From NCBI GenBank assembly GCA_000004695.1, contig CM000152.2, forward strand, positions 2,880,001 to 2,944,000: a DNA stretch of 64,000 nucleotides. Reading direction: 5' to 3'. The notes under the pieces were generated by a model. It saw nothing but the letters and a program-made list of their open reading frames with translations, was not told the DNA's origin and searched no databases. Below, in pieces: positions 15,045 through 27,602 of this stretch. The translations under genes were made by a program, and so were the position numbers. The first letter of the stretch is position 1. Each line of letters starts with the position of its first letter. The stretch comes from Dictyostelium discoideum. Lineage: Eukaryota.

Positions 15045-15662
15045 TAAATTAATATTATTTTCTTGAAAAAAGCTTGAAACAGCTTTAATTGGTACTTCTG
15101 GTGATAATTGTACGACAGTTTTTAAACCTAATAATTTAATAAAAGGAAAGTTTGCAGGATATAATGAATTTGTTCTATATAATAAGGGTTCAATTGTACC
15201 AAAGAGAGCTGGTGGTGATAATTGTGGTGGACCACTTTGAATTAATGAATTTATATGAGTTTGTTGTATTAATTTTTGTTTTTGTTCTTCTTTTTTAACT
15301 TGTTGTTGTTGTTGTAATGTACTCGTTATAGTTTGTGGTATTGATTGTAATATTGATTGTGATTGTAATAATGGTGTTGTTGATTGTTGTTGTTGTTGTT
15401 GTTGTTGCTGCTGTTGTGGCTGCTGTGGTTGTTGTTGTTGTGGCTGTTGTGGCTGTTGTTGTTGTGATTGATTTTGTGAAGTTTTTGATTTTGATGGTGT
15501 TAATGGTACTTTATATATTTGTTGTTGTTGCTGCTGTGGCTGCTTCACATTTTGATTTGATACTATATTTACAGAAGATGAGGAAGTTTTTAAAATTTGT
15601 TCGGTTTCATTGTTATTATTGTTATTATCGATTTCACTATTTTCATTTGCGTTGGAACTCAT
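15045..15662 (-). CDS. Siw14/PFA-DSP (Y_phosphatase2)-like protein, exon 1 (Q-rich N-terminus plus start of phosphatase fold)
   Basis: ATG at 15662. LYRTNSLYPANFPFIKLLGLKTVVQLSPE matches the PFA-DSP family N-terminal motif. GTATGT donor at 15044-15039. Confidence 0.65.
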
Positions 15663-15746
15663 TTATGTGATGGTATATATATATATATATATATATGTTA
15701 TGTATTATACAAAAGAAAAAAAAAAAAAATGAAAAAAAATGAAAAA

Positions 15747-15787
<41 letters not shown>

Positions 15788-15928
15788 CAAAAACTTTTTT
15801 TTTATGGTTTTCCATATGTTTAAATATCTATTCTGGTTAAATTAGTCTCTCGATTTTTTTTTTTTATAATTTTATAATTTTATTTTTATTTATTTTTATT
15901 TTATTTATTATTTTTTTTTACAAATATA

Positions 15929-17515
15929 TTAATATAAATAAAATTCATATTTCTTTTTAAATATTTTATTAAACATTTTCCAAATTAAATCTTGATCAAC
16001 AATTTTTAATTTACCAATTAATGGAAAAAAGAATCTAAAATCATTTAGTTGATAATGAGTATCAAGAATCCAAATTGATTCTAATGATGGTGGTAAAGAA
16101 TTAATTGAAATTGGAGTTTCATTATTTAAAACTATAATATATTTTAAAGAGATTGGTAACCATTTCATATGAATTGGTTGTTTAAATGCACAACCTAATT
16201 CTAAAAGTTCTAATGATGGTGGTAATGTATCGAATTTAATTGTTGAATTATAATTACCAATTCTTAGACACTTTAATTTTGTAAAAACTTTAAAATCTTT
16301 AACTGGTTTAGAATAGAAATTATAATCAAATTCATTTAAATTTAAATTTATTAAATCAGAAAGACAAGATTTTGAATGGTAGTCTAATTTGTAATTATTT
16401 TCAATAATATTTACTTTAATAGATTTAATTTTTTCAAATTTATCTAATAATAATTTAGAAGTTTCTTTATATAACCAATATTTTAATAGATTTGATTTTG
16501 TTAAATTTAAATTTATTGAACTAAATTGTGATGATAAATAATAACCTTGAAGTGAATCTTGAAATGTATTAAAAAATATCGTTACATTTTTAACTGATGA
16601 TGGTATAATTTTTGAATTTAATTTTAAAATTTTTAATATTTCATCATTTGATGATAAATTACCATTTTTATTATAAACTTTTAATTTTAAATATTTTGAT
16701 TTTTCATTATATTTGTTTTTAATATTATCATTATCATTATCATTTATTTGAACACCAAAATTTGAAATTTTAAGGTTTTTAAGTTTTTTTGGTAAAATAC
16801 CTTTAATTAAAGAAATATTAAATTTACTTGGTAATGATAATTTCTTTAATGTCCATGGTAGTTTATTTGAATTAATTAATTTATTAAAAAGTGAATTTGA
16901 GGGAAATTTAATTTCTTTAATTAATTGAGGTAAATTATCTAATGATTTATCAAAAAAGTAACCAAATATAATAGTTTTTAAATATTTTGGTAAAACATTC
17001 TCATTTAATTCTTGATTAAAATATTTCCCAAATTTTAACTTTTTCAATGTATTTGGTAAAATGTTTACATCAATTTTTTGATTAAAATTTGAACCAAACT
17101 CTAATATTGTTAAATTTGAAAATACTCTATTTGAACCAACCTCTAATGGTATATTAAAATTAAATGGAATTATTAATTTATAAAGTGATTTTGGTAATTC
17201 TAAATTTGATAAACTATAATTAATAAAATTTGTTTGATATAATATTATTGATTCAATATCTTTTGGTAAATCATTTAATTTTTCACCAATTTCATATATT
17301 TCATATTGTTTTGCATCTTTTTGAATATCATCAACTTTTACAAATAATGATTTAACATATTGTATATTATTTTTTATGAATGGTTGTAAAGATGAATCTA
17401 AATCAACTGGAAATGAAACTAAATTATACATCATTAAATGTTTGAAAATTAATTTATTTAATACAACATTTCTCCATATTTTAAAAAATAAAATAGAGTT
17501 ATCATTATTATTCAT
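15929..17515 (-). CDS. FNIP-repeat protein (Dictyostelium FNIP repeat family)
   Basis: Single ORF. N-terminal ILFFKIWRNVVLNKLIFKHL, then many copies of the LP(K/N)(S/T)L..L.FG..FNQ.L repeat. True ATG at 17515; the track start at 17545 is a TTG. Confidence 0.7.
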   Translation of the reverse strand: MNNNDNSILFFKIWRNVVLNKLIFKHLMMYNLVSFPVDLDSSLQPFIKNNIQYVKSLFVKVDDIQKDAKQYEIYEIGEKLNDLPKDIESIILYQTNFINYSLSNLELPKSLYKLIIPFNFNIPLEVGSNRVFSNLTILEFGSNFNQKIDVNILPNTLKKLKFGKYFNQELNENVLPKYLKTIIFGYFFDKSLDNLPQLIKEIKFPSNSLFNKLINSNKLPWTLKKLSLPSKFNISLIKGILPKKLKNLKISNFGVQINDNDNDNIKNKYNEKSKYLKLKVYNKNGNLSSNDEILKILKLNSKIIPSSVKNVTIFFNTFQDSLQGYYLSSQFSSINLNLTKSNLLKYWLYKETSKLLLDKFEKIKSIKVNIIENNYKLDYHSKSCLSDLINLNLNEFDYNFYSKPVKDFKVFTKLKCLRIGNYNSTIKFDTLPPSLELLELGCAFKQPIHMKWLPISLKYIIVLNNETPISINSLPPSLESIWILDTHYQLNDFRFFFPLIGKLKIVDQDLIWKMFNKIFKKKYEFYLY

Positions 17516-18411
17516 TTTGAGAATAATTTTTTTTTTTTTTCCCAATCTTGATAATAAGTTGTTTTTGTAACTGTTGTTGTAGTTTTTGTTTATTTTCTAT
17601 TATATTTTTTTTTTTTTTCTCTCTTTCCCTTGTTATTTGTTTTTGTTGGTAAAAATTGAAAAAAAGTGAGAAAAAGTGGTAAATCAAAATGCAAATTCTC
17701 TTAAATATTTCTAAAAAAAAAAAATCAAAAAAAAAAAAAAAAAAAGTCTTCAAAAATAACAAAAAATTTTTTTTATCGCAAAACAAATAGATATTTTTTT
17801 TTTACCACTTGATATTTTATTAGAATTTGATTAAATAATAATACTTGAAAATAAAAATAAAAATAAAATAAAATAAAAAAACAATATAACAAAAAACAAT
17901 TTTATAAACTTCTTTTTATTTTTGTTAATCATTTGGTTTTTTTTTTATTTACTAATTAATAATTAATGGTCATTCACTGTATAAAAATTTTTTTTCCTGA
18001 CTGTAACAAGTTATTTTTTCCAATAAGAAATTATTCAGTTTTTTTTTATTATTTTTAAAATTATATAAGTAATATATAATTTGTTGATAATTTTTATTTG
18101 AAAAATATATACAATCAAAATGGATAATAAATTACATGATGATTTAATGATAGGATATTTGAGCTAAATATAGAAAAAATTATTTTTTAATTGAGTATAT
18201 CATTTATGGAACCAAAATGAAAAAATTAAAAAATAACAAATGATCACATTCAATTTTTTTATATTTTACATCATTTAAGGTATTTGAGTGTTCTTTTTAT
18301 ACTAAATCCATATTAAAAATAAATAAAATTAAATCATAAAAAAAAAAAAAACATTCAAATTTACATTTTTATTTGTCAATCTTTTTTTTTTTTTTTTTTT
18401 TTTGGCATTTT

Positions 18412-18442
<31 letters not shown>

Positions 18443-18484
18443 CATTTTCATTTTCCAAAACACATATATAACTATTAAAAAAAA

Positions 18485-18545
18485 ATGTTATCAAAATTAG
18501 TTAAAGATCATCAAACACATCAAAATAAATTAAAAGAAGAGAATG
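18485..18545 (+). CDS. bloc1s1: BLOC-1 subunit 1 (BLOS1/GCN5L1), exon 1
   Basis: [20 protein letters not shown] closely parallels the human BLOC1S1 N-terminus MLSRLLKEHQAKQNERKE. GTAATT donor at 18546. Confidence 0.75.
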
Positions 18546-18715
18546 GTAATTATCAGATATTTTTTACAATAGTTTTAACATGTTAAAACAAAACAAGAAC
18601 ATTTCTAACTTTGATTTTTTTTTAAACATTGTAATACAATGAAATAAACAAATAAACAATAATTTATTATTACTATTATTATTATTTATTATTATTATTA
18701 TTAAAAATTTAAAAG

Positions 18716-19062
18716 AGGTATTAAAAAAAGAAGCAATAGCATCAATGGGTGTTGTAACTAATGGATTAATAGATTCAGTTAATACAGGTGTTGCATGTAT
18801 ATTTGCAAATCAAAAGAAATTAGAAACAGAGGCAAGATTATTACAAGCCAATACAGCAAAATTCTCAAAACAAACAAATCAATGGATTCATTTAATTGAA
18901 AACTTTAATAATTCATTAAAAGAAATTGGTGATGTTGAAAATTGGTCAAAAAAGATCGAAAGTGATATGCATAATATCTCTGATATCATAGAATTTTTAT
19001 ATATAAACTCAAATCCAATTCAACAACAACCACAACAACAACCACAACAACAACAACAATAA
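18716..19062 (+). CDS. bloc1s1: BLOC-1 subunit 1, exon 2
   Basis: 170-bp intron, phase 1. [74 protein letters not shown] aligns along its length with animal BLOC1S1. Confidence 0.75.
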
Positions 19063-19121
19063 AATGACAATTTGTAATATATTTTTATTGCCTTTTTTTT
19101 TTTATTCAATTTTATTAAATT

Positions 19122-20185
19122 TTATTTATAATTTGAAGTAGTATTAGAAGTGTTAGTTTCACAATCAATATTAAATTTTAACCAATGATTTCTTTCAAAG
19201 AATTCTAAAAGTCTATGAATTTTAACTTGATTTAATTTAATTAGTTTAAAAGCGGTTGATAATTTAATTACACCTTGAGTTTTTAAAGATTCAGAGATTA
19301 ATGCTTGTTTGACAATTAGGTATTGTTGTGGTAAAAGTTTATGAGTTGTACAAATTTGTTTCTCTTTTAATGAGAGTGCATCAGCATTTGGTAAACCTTC
19401 CAATTCCATTTTAGCATTCTTTTTCAATTTACTTGAATGATGTTTCCTATTCTCACCAATACCTAAATAAATATCTTCTTTTTCTTTAGTTAATTGTTTT
19501 TGAGTTTTAAATGATGGATCACCACCACCACCACCACCTCCACCACTACCACCACTTAATCCACTACTACTACCACCTAAATAATGATGACCAAATGGAT
19601 TATGATTTGGATTGTATGAACTTAATCCACTATTTAAACTATATGATGCCAATTCAGATTTGGAACGTTTCATAGATTTATCAACTTCACGTTTTCTTTT
19701 ATCTTCATCAAAATTTTGACCATCTGCCAATGTTTTAATACCATTTTCACGATACTCTTGTAATTGTAGAATTCTATTCTTTATATTCTTTTCATTTATT
19801 AATCCATTTATCATTGATTCATGCTCTTCTTTGGTAACTGTTTGAAGGAAACATTTCAATGAATTTAATATCTCTTTATCATCTTTGTATCGTTTTCTCT
19901 CTACTTTTCTATAATCTAATAAACCTTTCTCAACAATGAAATTCCTTCTTCTAATACGTTCATCCAATCTTTGATCATAGGATTCTAATACATTCAATTT
20001 AATATCTCTATCTGCTTGACTATCGTCAGGTTCAAATGTTAAATCCTTTACAACCAACTCTGCTTCATTATCATATTCTACTTCAAAATGTCCTCTATTC
20101 TTCATATATCCAACTGAATCTGTTACTGGTCCACTTGGTCCTTCTTCACCATGACTATTTCTATGATTTAATTTTTTACTTTTAT
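19122..20185 (-). CDS. ADA2, exon 2 (ADA2 middle region and C-terminal SWIRM domain)
   Basis: AG acceptor at 20187-20186. GYMKNRGHFEVEYDNEAELVVKDL...RRRNFIVEKGLLDYRK aligns to human TADA2A GYMPARADFIEEFDNYAEWDL...RDHGLINLRK. The C-terminus LLPQQYLIVKQALISE is SWIRM. Confidence 0.7.
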
Positions 20186-20414
20186 CTAAATTTTTTTAAA
20201 TAAAAAAATAAAAAAATAAAACAAAAAAAAAATAAAAACAAAAAAATAAAACAAAAAAATAAAATAATAAAAGAATAATTAAAAAAAAAAAAAGAAATTT
20301 ATTGTTATTATTTGTAATTTATTATTATTATTTTTTAATTATTTAAATTATTGATATTAATTTTTTATTTTTTTTTTTATTTAGAAAATTAAATAGGTTT
20401 CAAAAAACTAACAC

Positions 20415-20970
20415 TATTGAATGACTTTGTTGGTGTTGTATTATTACTATTATCGTTATAATTATTATTATTATTATTATTATCATCATCGTCACTATTA
20501 TCAATAATATAATCATTATAATAATTACCATTTACAGTTGTTTTTGCTCTTTTAAAGTGAACATTTTCATTTGTAGTTAAAACCTTTGATGTATCTGGTA
20601 AAGGTGAAGTTGAACTATTTAAATAATGAGCGAAATAATGTGCTTTACATTCTAAAGGTGATTTTGAATGTGCGCCTACATTCTCTGAAACTTCATTCCA
20701 ATTACCTAAACCATATAATTCAATTGCTTCTAAAAGTAATAATTCTTCATCAGCACCCCAATCATCAGTAAACATTGGGAAATGCATATTATCAACTACA
20801 TGATAATCATGAAAATTACGATGTGGTGTAATCTCTACACCAACACTAAAACATTCTAAACATAAATCGAAATCAGTACATACTGAACATCTTATACGTA
20901 CAACACCACTAATATCCTTTTGACAATAATCACAATGATATAATCCTTCATTCACTTGTTCCTCTATAAA

Positions 20971-21005
<35 letters not shown>

Positions 21006-21591
21006 TACTGTTAGTTGGTGAATTGGTTGACTTCCTTGTTTGTTTTGTCATTGAGGTAGGTGATGTTGTTGTGGCTGTAGCTGTATTTGAATTTGTATTT
21101 GTAGCTGTGTTTGTATTTGTACTTGTATTTGTATTTGTTGTGATAGTATTTGATTGAGTTGGTTTATTTATTGGTTGTGGTTGTGGTGGTTGTTGTGTTT
21201 TTGGTTGTTCTATTTTAACATTTGGTTTTGTTGTATTATTAGTGGTGGTAGTAGTGGTAGTAGTTGGTAATGTAGTATTGTTCGATGTTGTTGTAGTTGT
21301 TGTTGTTGTTGTTGGTACATTAGTAGTATTTGTAGCAGTAGTAGTAGTAGTATTTTTTGTTTTATCATCCTCTTCATTATCTTCTTCATCATCATCTACA
21401 CTATTAAAACTTTTATTTACAAGATCATCAACTTCACTTTGTGTTGGTGGTATTATTTGTGTTTGTCTTTTACTTTTTGATATTTTCATACCTTCTTCTT
21501 CTTCTTCTTCATCTTCTTCATCATCATCCTCTTCATCATCATCTTCTTCGAATGAATTGTTTGTATTGTTATTACCATTACCATTACCATT

Positions 21592-21645
<54 letters not shown>

Positions 21646-21861
21646 TGAGATTACAACATCACCATCATCATCTTCATCATCATTATCATCTTCCTCTTCA
21701 TCATCTCCTACAAAATCTTTATCATTATCATATGATTTCTTAATTCTTTTCTTTTTAGATGGTGTTGATTTATTACTACTATTATTACTCATTGTTGTTG
21801 ATCTACTATTCCTTCTTTTGGTAATTAATAAGTCTTCTTCATCGTCATCTTCTTCATTATT

Positions 21862-21900
<39 letters not shown>

Positions 21901-22089
21901 GGTTTTGTTTGTATTATTTCCATTTGTATTTACATTATTATTTTCATCATCTGTATTATTAATATTATCATTTGATACATTTTGCATTTCAATGTCATCA
22001 TCATTATCATCGTCATCATCAACATGTTCTTTTCTCCTTTTTTTATTTACAAGTGTTGTAGGTTCTTCTTTATTTATTGTTGAAGTCAT
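20415..22089 (-). CDS. transcriptional adaptor ADA2, exon 1 (acidic/N/T-rich N-terminus, ZZ finger, SANT domain); 3-prime boundary approximate
   Basis: YHCDYCQKDISGVVRIRCSVCTDFDLCLECFSVG is a ZZ finger. WGADEELLLLEAIELYGLGNWNEVSENVG is SANT. The donor near 20415-20407 is uncertain (GTGTTA or GTTAGT). Confidence 0.7.
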
Positions 22090-22756
22090 TGTTTAAAAAT
22101 ACATTTAAATGGTATCGTTTGGGTGCACTCTAAAAAAAAAAAAATAAAAAATAAAAACAAAAAAAAAATAAAAATTAAAAAAAAAAAAAAAAAAAAAAAA
22201 TTAAAAAAAAAATGGAAAAATATGAAAAGTTATATATTTGGAAATTTGGGCGCCTAAATTAAAAATCAAAGTACCTCATTTCATTACATTAAATTTTATT
22301 GTTAAATTTTTATTTTATTTTAATTTTTAATTCATTTTATTATTTTTTTAAAAATTTCTTTTTTTGTTTTGTAAACAAAATAAAATGCACAAAAATAATA
22401 AAATGAAATTCTAATAATTTTTATTTTTTCATTTATTATTATAATTATTTATCTTCTTTTTAGAAATTTCTTTGCTACTGTAGAGTTTTTTTTTTTTTTT
22501 GTTTTTTTTTCTTTTTTCAACATACTTGAAATCAAACATTCGCTCTAAAACCAGAAAATAAAAAAAAAAAATAAAAAATAAAAAAAAAAAAAAAAAATTG
22601 AAAAAAAAAAAAAAAAAAAAACTCTAATATTAAAACCCAATAAAAAAAAAAAAAAAAAAAATCTTGTTTGGCTCATTCATTCATTCATTCACACAAATAT
22701 ATATTTTTTTAATAAAATAAATAAATAATAAATAATAAATAAATAATAAATAATAA

Positions 22757-23021
22757 ATGTCTTCTTCAGATGATACATCATCAGATTATGATGATTATGA
22801 TGATTATGAATTAGATGAAGATGATACAGAGAAAGAACCATCAAAATGGAATAATGTTCGAGATGGTTGGCAAGAATTTTTAGAAGATGAAACAGCATTC
22901 TTTGTTTCTCAAGAGGATCAAAGTAAACAAAGTGGTGATATTCAAATTGATGATTCAAATAAATTTTATGATCCATTAGGTATTTTAAAATTACCACCTA
23001 GAAAAGCTGCAAGTGTTAAAA
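22757..23021 (+). CDS. exoc2: exocyst complex component Sec5/EXOC2, exon 1
   Basis: ATG at 22757. Acidic N-terminus and [12 protein letters not shown] (FDPLGL motif). GTAAAT donor at 23022, phase 1. Confidence 0.7.
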
Positions 23022-23094
23022 GTAAATATAGTTTTAATTATTTATACATATATATATATAAATTCAAATCATATTAAATAGTATATAATTTTCT

Positions 23095-23121
<27 letters not shown>

Positions 23122-23125
<4 letters not shown>

Positions 23126-23379
23126 ATTATTATCACTTGAATCAGAATCATTTAGTCCAGTTACATTTTTATCAGAGATTCATTCACAAACAAATTTTAC
23201 AGAGTTATCAATTGGTGTTAAAAAATTAAAAGAAGAATCAACATCAAAAGCAAAAGAAATTAAATACCTTGTAAAAGAGAATTTCGAACATTTTGTAAAA
23301 TGTAAAGATACTGTTGATGAAGTTTATAATTTAATTTCAAATTCAAAAATGTTAGAAGATATGAGTGGTTCGTTTATAA
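23122..23379 (+). CDS. exoc2: Sec5/EXOC2, exon 2
   Basis: AG acceptor at 23120-23121. [26 protein letters not shown] matches the Sec5 LVKENF..F..CKDT.D signature. GTAAGT donor at 23380. Confidence 0.7.
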
Positions 23380-23414
23380 GTAAGTTAATTAATAATTTTA
23401 ATTATTTAATTAAA

Positions 23415-23453
<39 letters not shown>

Positions 23454-23455
<2 letters not shown>

Positions 23456-23906
23456 ATTATAAATAAATCATCAACAGTTTATGATCCTTTATTAAGTAAT
23501 AAAAAAAAAGCTGATGAAATTAGAAAAGTTTTAACATTATTAAATAAATATAAGGTAATTTTTAAATTACCAGGTAAAATACAAGAGAATATTAAACAAA
23601 ATGAATATGAAAAAGCTGTACACAATTATAAGAATGCAAAAACCTTAATTACATCAAGTCAAAAGAAAGAATTTCAAAAGATTCTATTAGATATTGAAAA
23701 GATTGCAGAAGATTTTAGAATTCAATTATTTCATGCATTGGCTGATCCTTCAACTAAACTTGAACAATTAAAGAAATCAATTAAAACTTTAATGGAAATT
23801 GGTAATGGTAAAGGTGATTTCTCTCAAATTGGTGATCCATGTTGGTACTTTTTATCAACACGTTATAATGCAATAACATTATTAATTAAACAATGTTCTG
23901 AAGATA
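23454..23906 (+). CDS. exoc2: Sec5/EXOC2, exon 3
   Basis: AG acceptor at 23452-23453. [34 protein letters not shown] parallels human [40 protein letters not shown] donor at 23907. Confidence 0.7.
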
Positions 23907-23972
23907 GTAAGTTTAAATTAATTAATTTATTAATAAATAATATATATATTAATATTTTTTTTTTTTTTTTAG

Positions 23973-26284
23973 ATACATTACCAAATTATAAAATTATTAG
24001 AAAATTATCAATATTATTATTATCAAATGTACCAAATTTATTTAAGATGGGAGTTTATTATATTGAAGGTAAATTTGAAGATAATAAAGAATATTTAAGA
24101 TATAAACAACAACAACAAATTCAATTACAACAACAACAACAATTGATACAACAACAACAACAATTACAACAACAGCAACAACAACAACAGTCTGGTAAAA
24201 CAAAAGATTCAAAATCTGTAAATGTTGTAGTTTATTATTTAGATGAAACTTTCTCAAGTTATAGAATGGATCAAGAGAAAAAAGTTAAAGATTTAATTGA
24301 ACTTTGTAGAAAAAGATTCATTGAAGAGGAAGATGACGAGTTTTGTCTATACAAATTATCGGAAAAGAAAATTAAATCTGAAGATAAATCAACCACAACT
24401 ACAAATATAAAATTATTAGAGTTGTCACATGATGAATCACCCTTTAAATTACAAAAGAAATGGGCTGATAAAAATAGTAGTACTAAAAATCATAGATTCC
24501 TATTCAAAAGAAAGAATGAAGAATTCACAGTAAACAATTCAAAAGCAGGTAATGGTACATCGATCTATGATAAAGAAGCAAATATCACTCAAATCGATTT
24601 GAATGCATCTTATAAAACTCATAAAAAACAAAATTCTGCTGCAACCTCTGCAATGAATGAAGAGAAATTTAAACAATTGATTATAAACATTATGGAATTA
24701 TATTCATCAAAAGTTGAACAATTATTTTTCGATCAAAATCAAGAAGATTTCCCTGAAGATAGCGATGATGAAGAAGAGAATTTATTTGATCAAATTATTA
24801 GTACAACATCAGTAAATGAAGATGGTAATCATCATCATGGTGGTGGTGGTGGTGGTGGTGGTGGCGGTGGTGATACAATTAATTCATCAGATTTATCAAT
24901 TCATATGGTTGAAAATGTTAATGAAGTTATTAAATGCCAAGAAATGTTACAAGGTATTGGTATGCCAGAACTTTATTTATCATCAATTAATTCATTGACA
25001 GAATCATTGATTCTTCATTTCATTAGACAAATTTGTTCTGAAATGGTTGCAGAAGTTTCATTTCTTTATCTATTAGAAGATTGGACAATTAATGAATCAA
25101 GTGAAGATGCATTAGCAAGTGGTAATCAAGTCGATGGTATGATTACAACTCGTTTAATGGGTGAATTTGTTAATACAATCAAAGTTAATTTAGCAAAACT
25201 TTCATTCCTTAGTAATAAACCAATGTTATTACCATCGGTTGAATCTGCACTTTGTGAAGCAATCGAAAGTTTTGGTGATTGTTTACATCATTTAGCTTTC
25301 AATAATGAATCAATTCAATCAACCATTGAAGATAGTTTAAATCAAATGAGTAATGATGAAAAAGCTGAAAATGAATTAAATGGTATAATACCAAAAATTG
25401 ATATTTCTTCACCACAACAACAACAACAACAAACTCAAAATCAAAGTCAACAAGGTCAAGTTCAACAAGGAGAGAATCAACAACAACAAACATCATCATA
25501 TATGACAACTGAATTTAATTCATCAGAGAAATTATTATTAACACTTTCAAATTGTTCAACTGTTGTATCAAAAACAGCAGTACAATTACGTGGTTTTTAT
25601 GTTGGATTATTTCATCAACCAATGGGAAGTTATTTGAAAAAGGTAATTGAAAAACTTGGTGTATTGGAAAGATTGATTTTAGAACGTTATGTAAATGAAA
25701 AGAATTTAATGATTGGTGAATTCATTACTCGTGGTGTTTTATTCTCTGGAAGTACTTGGTTGGTTAATAGTCAACCAACTAAAGTTAGTTCATTCATTTT
25801 AACAATTCTAACTAAAATGGTATTCATTCATCATGAAATCATGAAAACCATCAATAGTATCGATATTTCATTTGGTGTAATTCAACGTATTTTCGAATTT
25901 CTTTTAATTTCATTACGTCATAATTTCAGTTTAGTAGATCCATTATTCATTTCAAATGAAGGCAAATCTCAATTCCTTTTAGATATTTTATTCATTGAAA
26001 ATGTTTTAGAAAGCTATGGTAATGAAAAAACTGTAAAATTATCTTCTTTTATTCGTAAAGATTTATTATTTTTAAATCCAATTCAACAACAACAACAACA
26101 ACAACCAACTCAATCAATTTCTCATCAACATCAACAACAATCATCAACTTCAAGATTTTATTCAACTCTAAATTATGGTGGTGGTAGTGGTTTTAATATA
26201 AATGCTACAACTGCTAATTTAGATCCAATTTTAAAAAGGAATATCGAAAAAACTTCTTTATTATTTTCTTGTTTTAAAATTTAA
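23973..26284 (+). CDS. exoc2: Sec5/EXOC2, exon 4 (large C-terminal exon)
   Basis: 66-bp in-frame intron 23907..23972. Continuous 770-codon ORF to the stop at 26284. Confidence 0.7.
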
Positions 26285-27000
26285 TTTAAAAATATTTAAA
26301 TATAATAATAATAATAATTATATCTCAATATAAAATAAAATAAAATTAAAAAAATAAACCATGCCAAAAAAAAAAAAATTATTATAATAAACCCAGAATT
26401 TAAAATTTTAAAATTTTAATTAATTATTTAATTTAAACATAAAATTGATTAGATTAGATTTTTTTTTTTTTTGGCACCACCAGTGTTTTAAATTAATTCT
26501 TTTAAAAAAAAAAAAAAAACTTTAAAAAAAAAAAAACATCAAAATTTGGTGTTTAAAAAAAAAAAAATATGAAAATAAAATATCAAAAAAAAAAAAAAAA
26601 AAATAATTTTTTTCATTTTCATTATTTCCCCTTTTTACGTTTCTTTCATTTGTTATATTTATTAATTTTAGAATAATTCACCCATCTTTTGGGGTTTATA
26701 AAAATAAAAATAAAAATAAAAAAATAAAAACAAAAAATAAAAAAAAAAATAATAAAAAATAAAATAATTAAATAAATAAATTAAAATAATTAAAATTAAT
26801 ATTAATTAAAAATAATAATATACATATATAATTTAATTGTATTATAAAATAAAACATTACATATAAAATTTTAACAGTTAAAATAATAATAATAAAAAAA
26901 AAAAAAAAAAAATCTTACTACACTCACACACACACACATACAAATATTTACACTCACACACCGATCATTTATACATCACCTCATATAATTATATAGAAAA

Positions 27001-27177
27001 ATGTCGTCTTCACATACAATTCAAGAAACTAAAGAAGTACATACAAAAACCAATAAAAGAATTCAGTGGGATGATTTAGATCCAAAAAGGTATTATTTTT
27101 ATAATTTTTTATTAGGTGGTAGTATTGATCTACTTATGTTTCCATTAGATGTTATTAGAACTAGATTACAAGTACAA
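27001..27177 (+). CDS. mitochondrial carrier family protein, exon 1
   Basis: ATG at 27001. First carrier signature PLDVIRTRLQVQ. GTATGT donor at 27178. Confidence 0.7.
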
Positions 27178-27297
27178 GTATGTGTTTTTTAATTTTAAAA
27201 AAAATAAATAAAAATAAATTAAAAAATAAAATAATAATCTTATTAAAAAAAAAAAATAAAAAAAAAAATAAAAAAAAACACACACATACAAATAAAG

Positions 27298-27508
27298 GGA
27301 TCACAAAATGTAATACAATCATTTCCACAGTATAATGGAACATTTGATGGATTTAAAAAATTAATAAGATTAGAAGGTAAAAGAGCTTTATATAAAGGTT
27401 TTTTAACTTCTGAATGTGGTTATCTTTGTAGTCGTGCAATTTATTTTGGTTCATATGAATTTGTGAAACAAGGATTTTTAAAAGGAAGATCTGATTCTGA
27501 TTCTGATC
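27298..27508 (+). CDS. mitochondrial carrier, exon 2
   Basis: AG acceptor at 27296-27297. An alternative in-frame AG at 27328-27329 cannot be excluded. GKRALYKGF motif. GTAAGT donor at 27509, phase 1. Confidence 0.55.
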
Positions 27509-27602
27509 GTAAGTGTGTTTTTTTAAAAAAAAAATATTTTTTTATAAAGACATACTTATTATTTATTATTATTTTTTATTATTATTATTATTATTATTAT
27601 AG

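Noticed and set aside
15335-15670. Plus-strand poly-V/A ORF
   Set aside because: Antisense of the poly-Q N-terminus of the Siw14-like gene.
21242-22096. Plus-strand 284-aa ORF (poly-V/S/L) overlapping the ADA2 gene
   Set aside because: It is the antisense of the acidic/N/T-rich ADA2 exon. It is a low-complexity mirror artefact.
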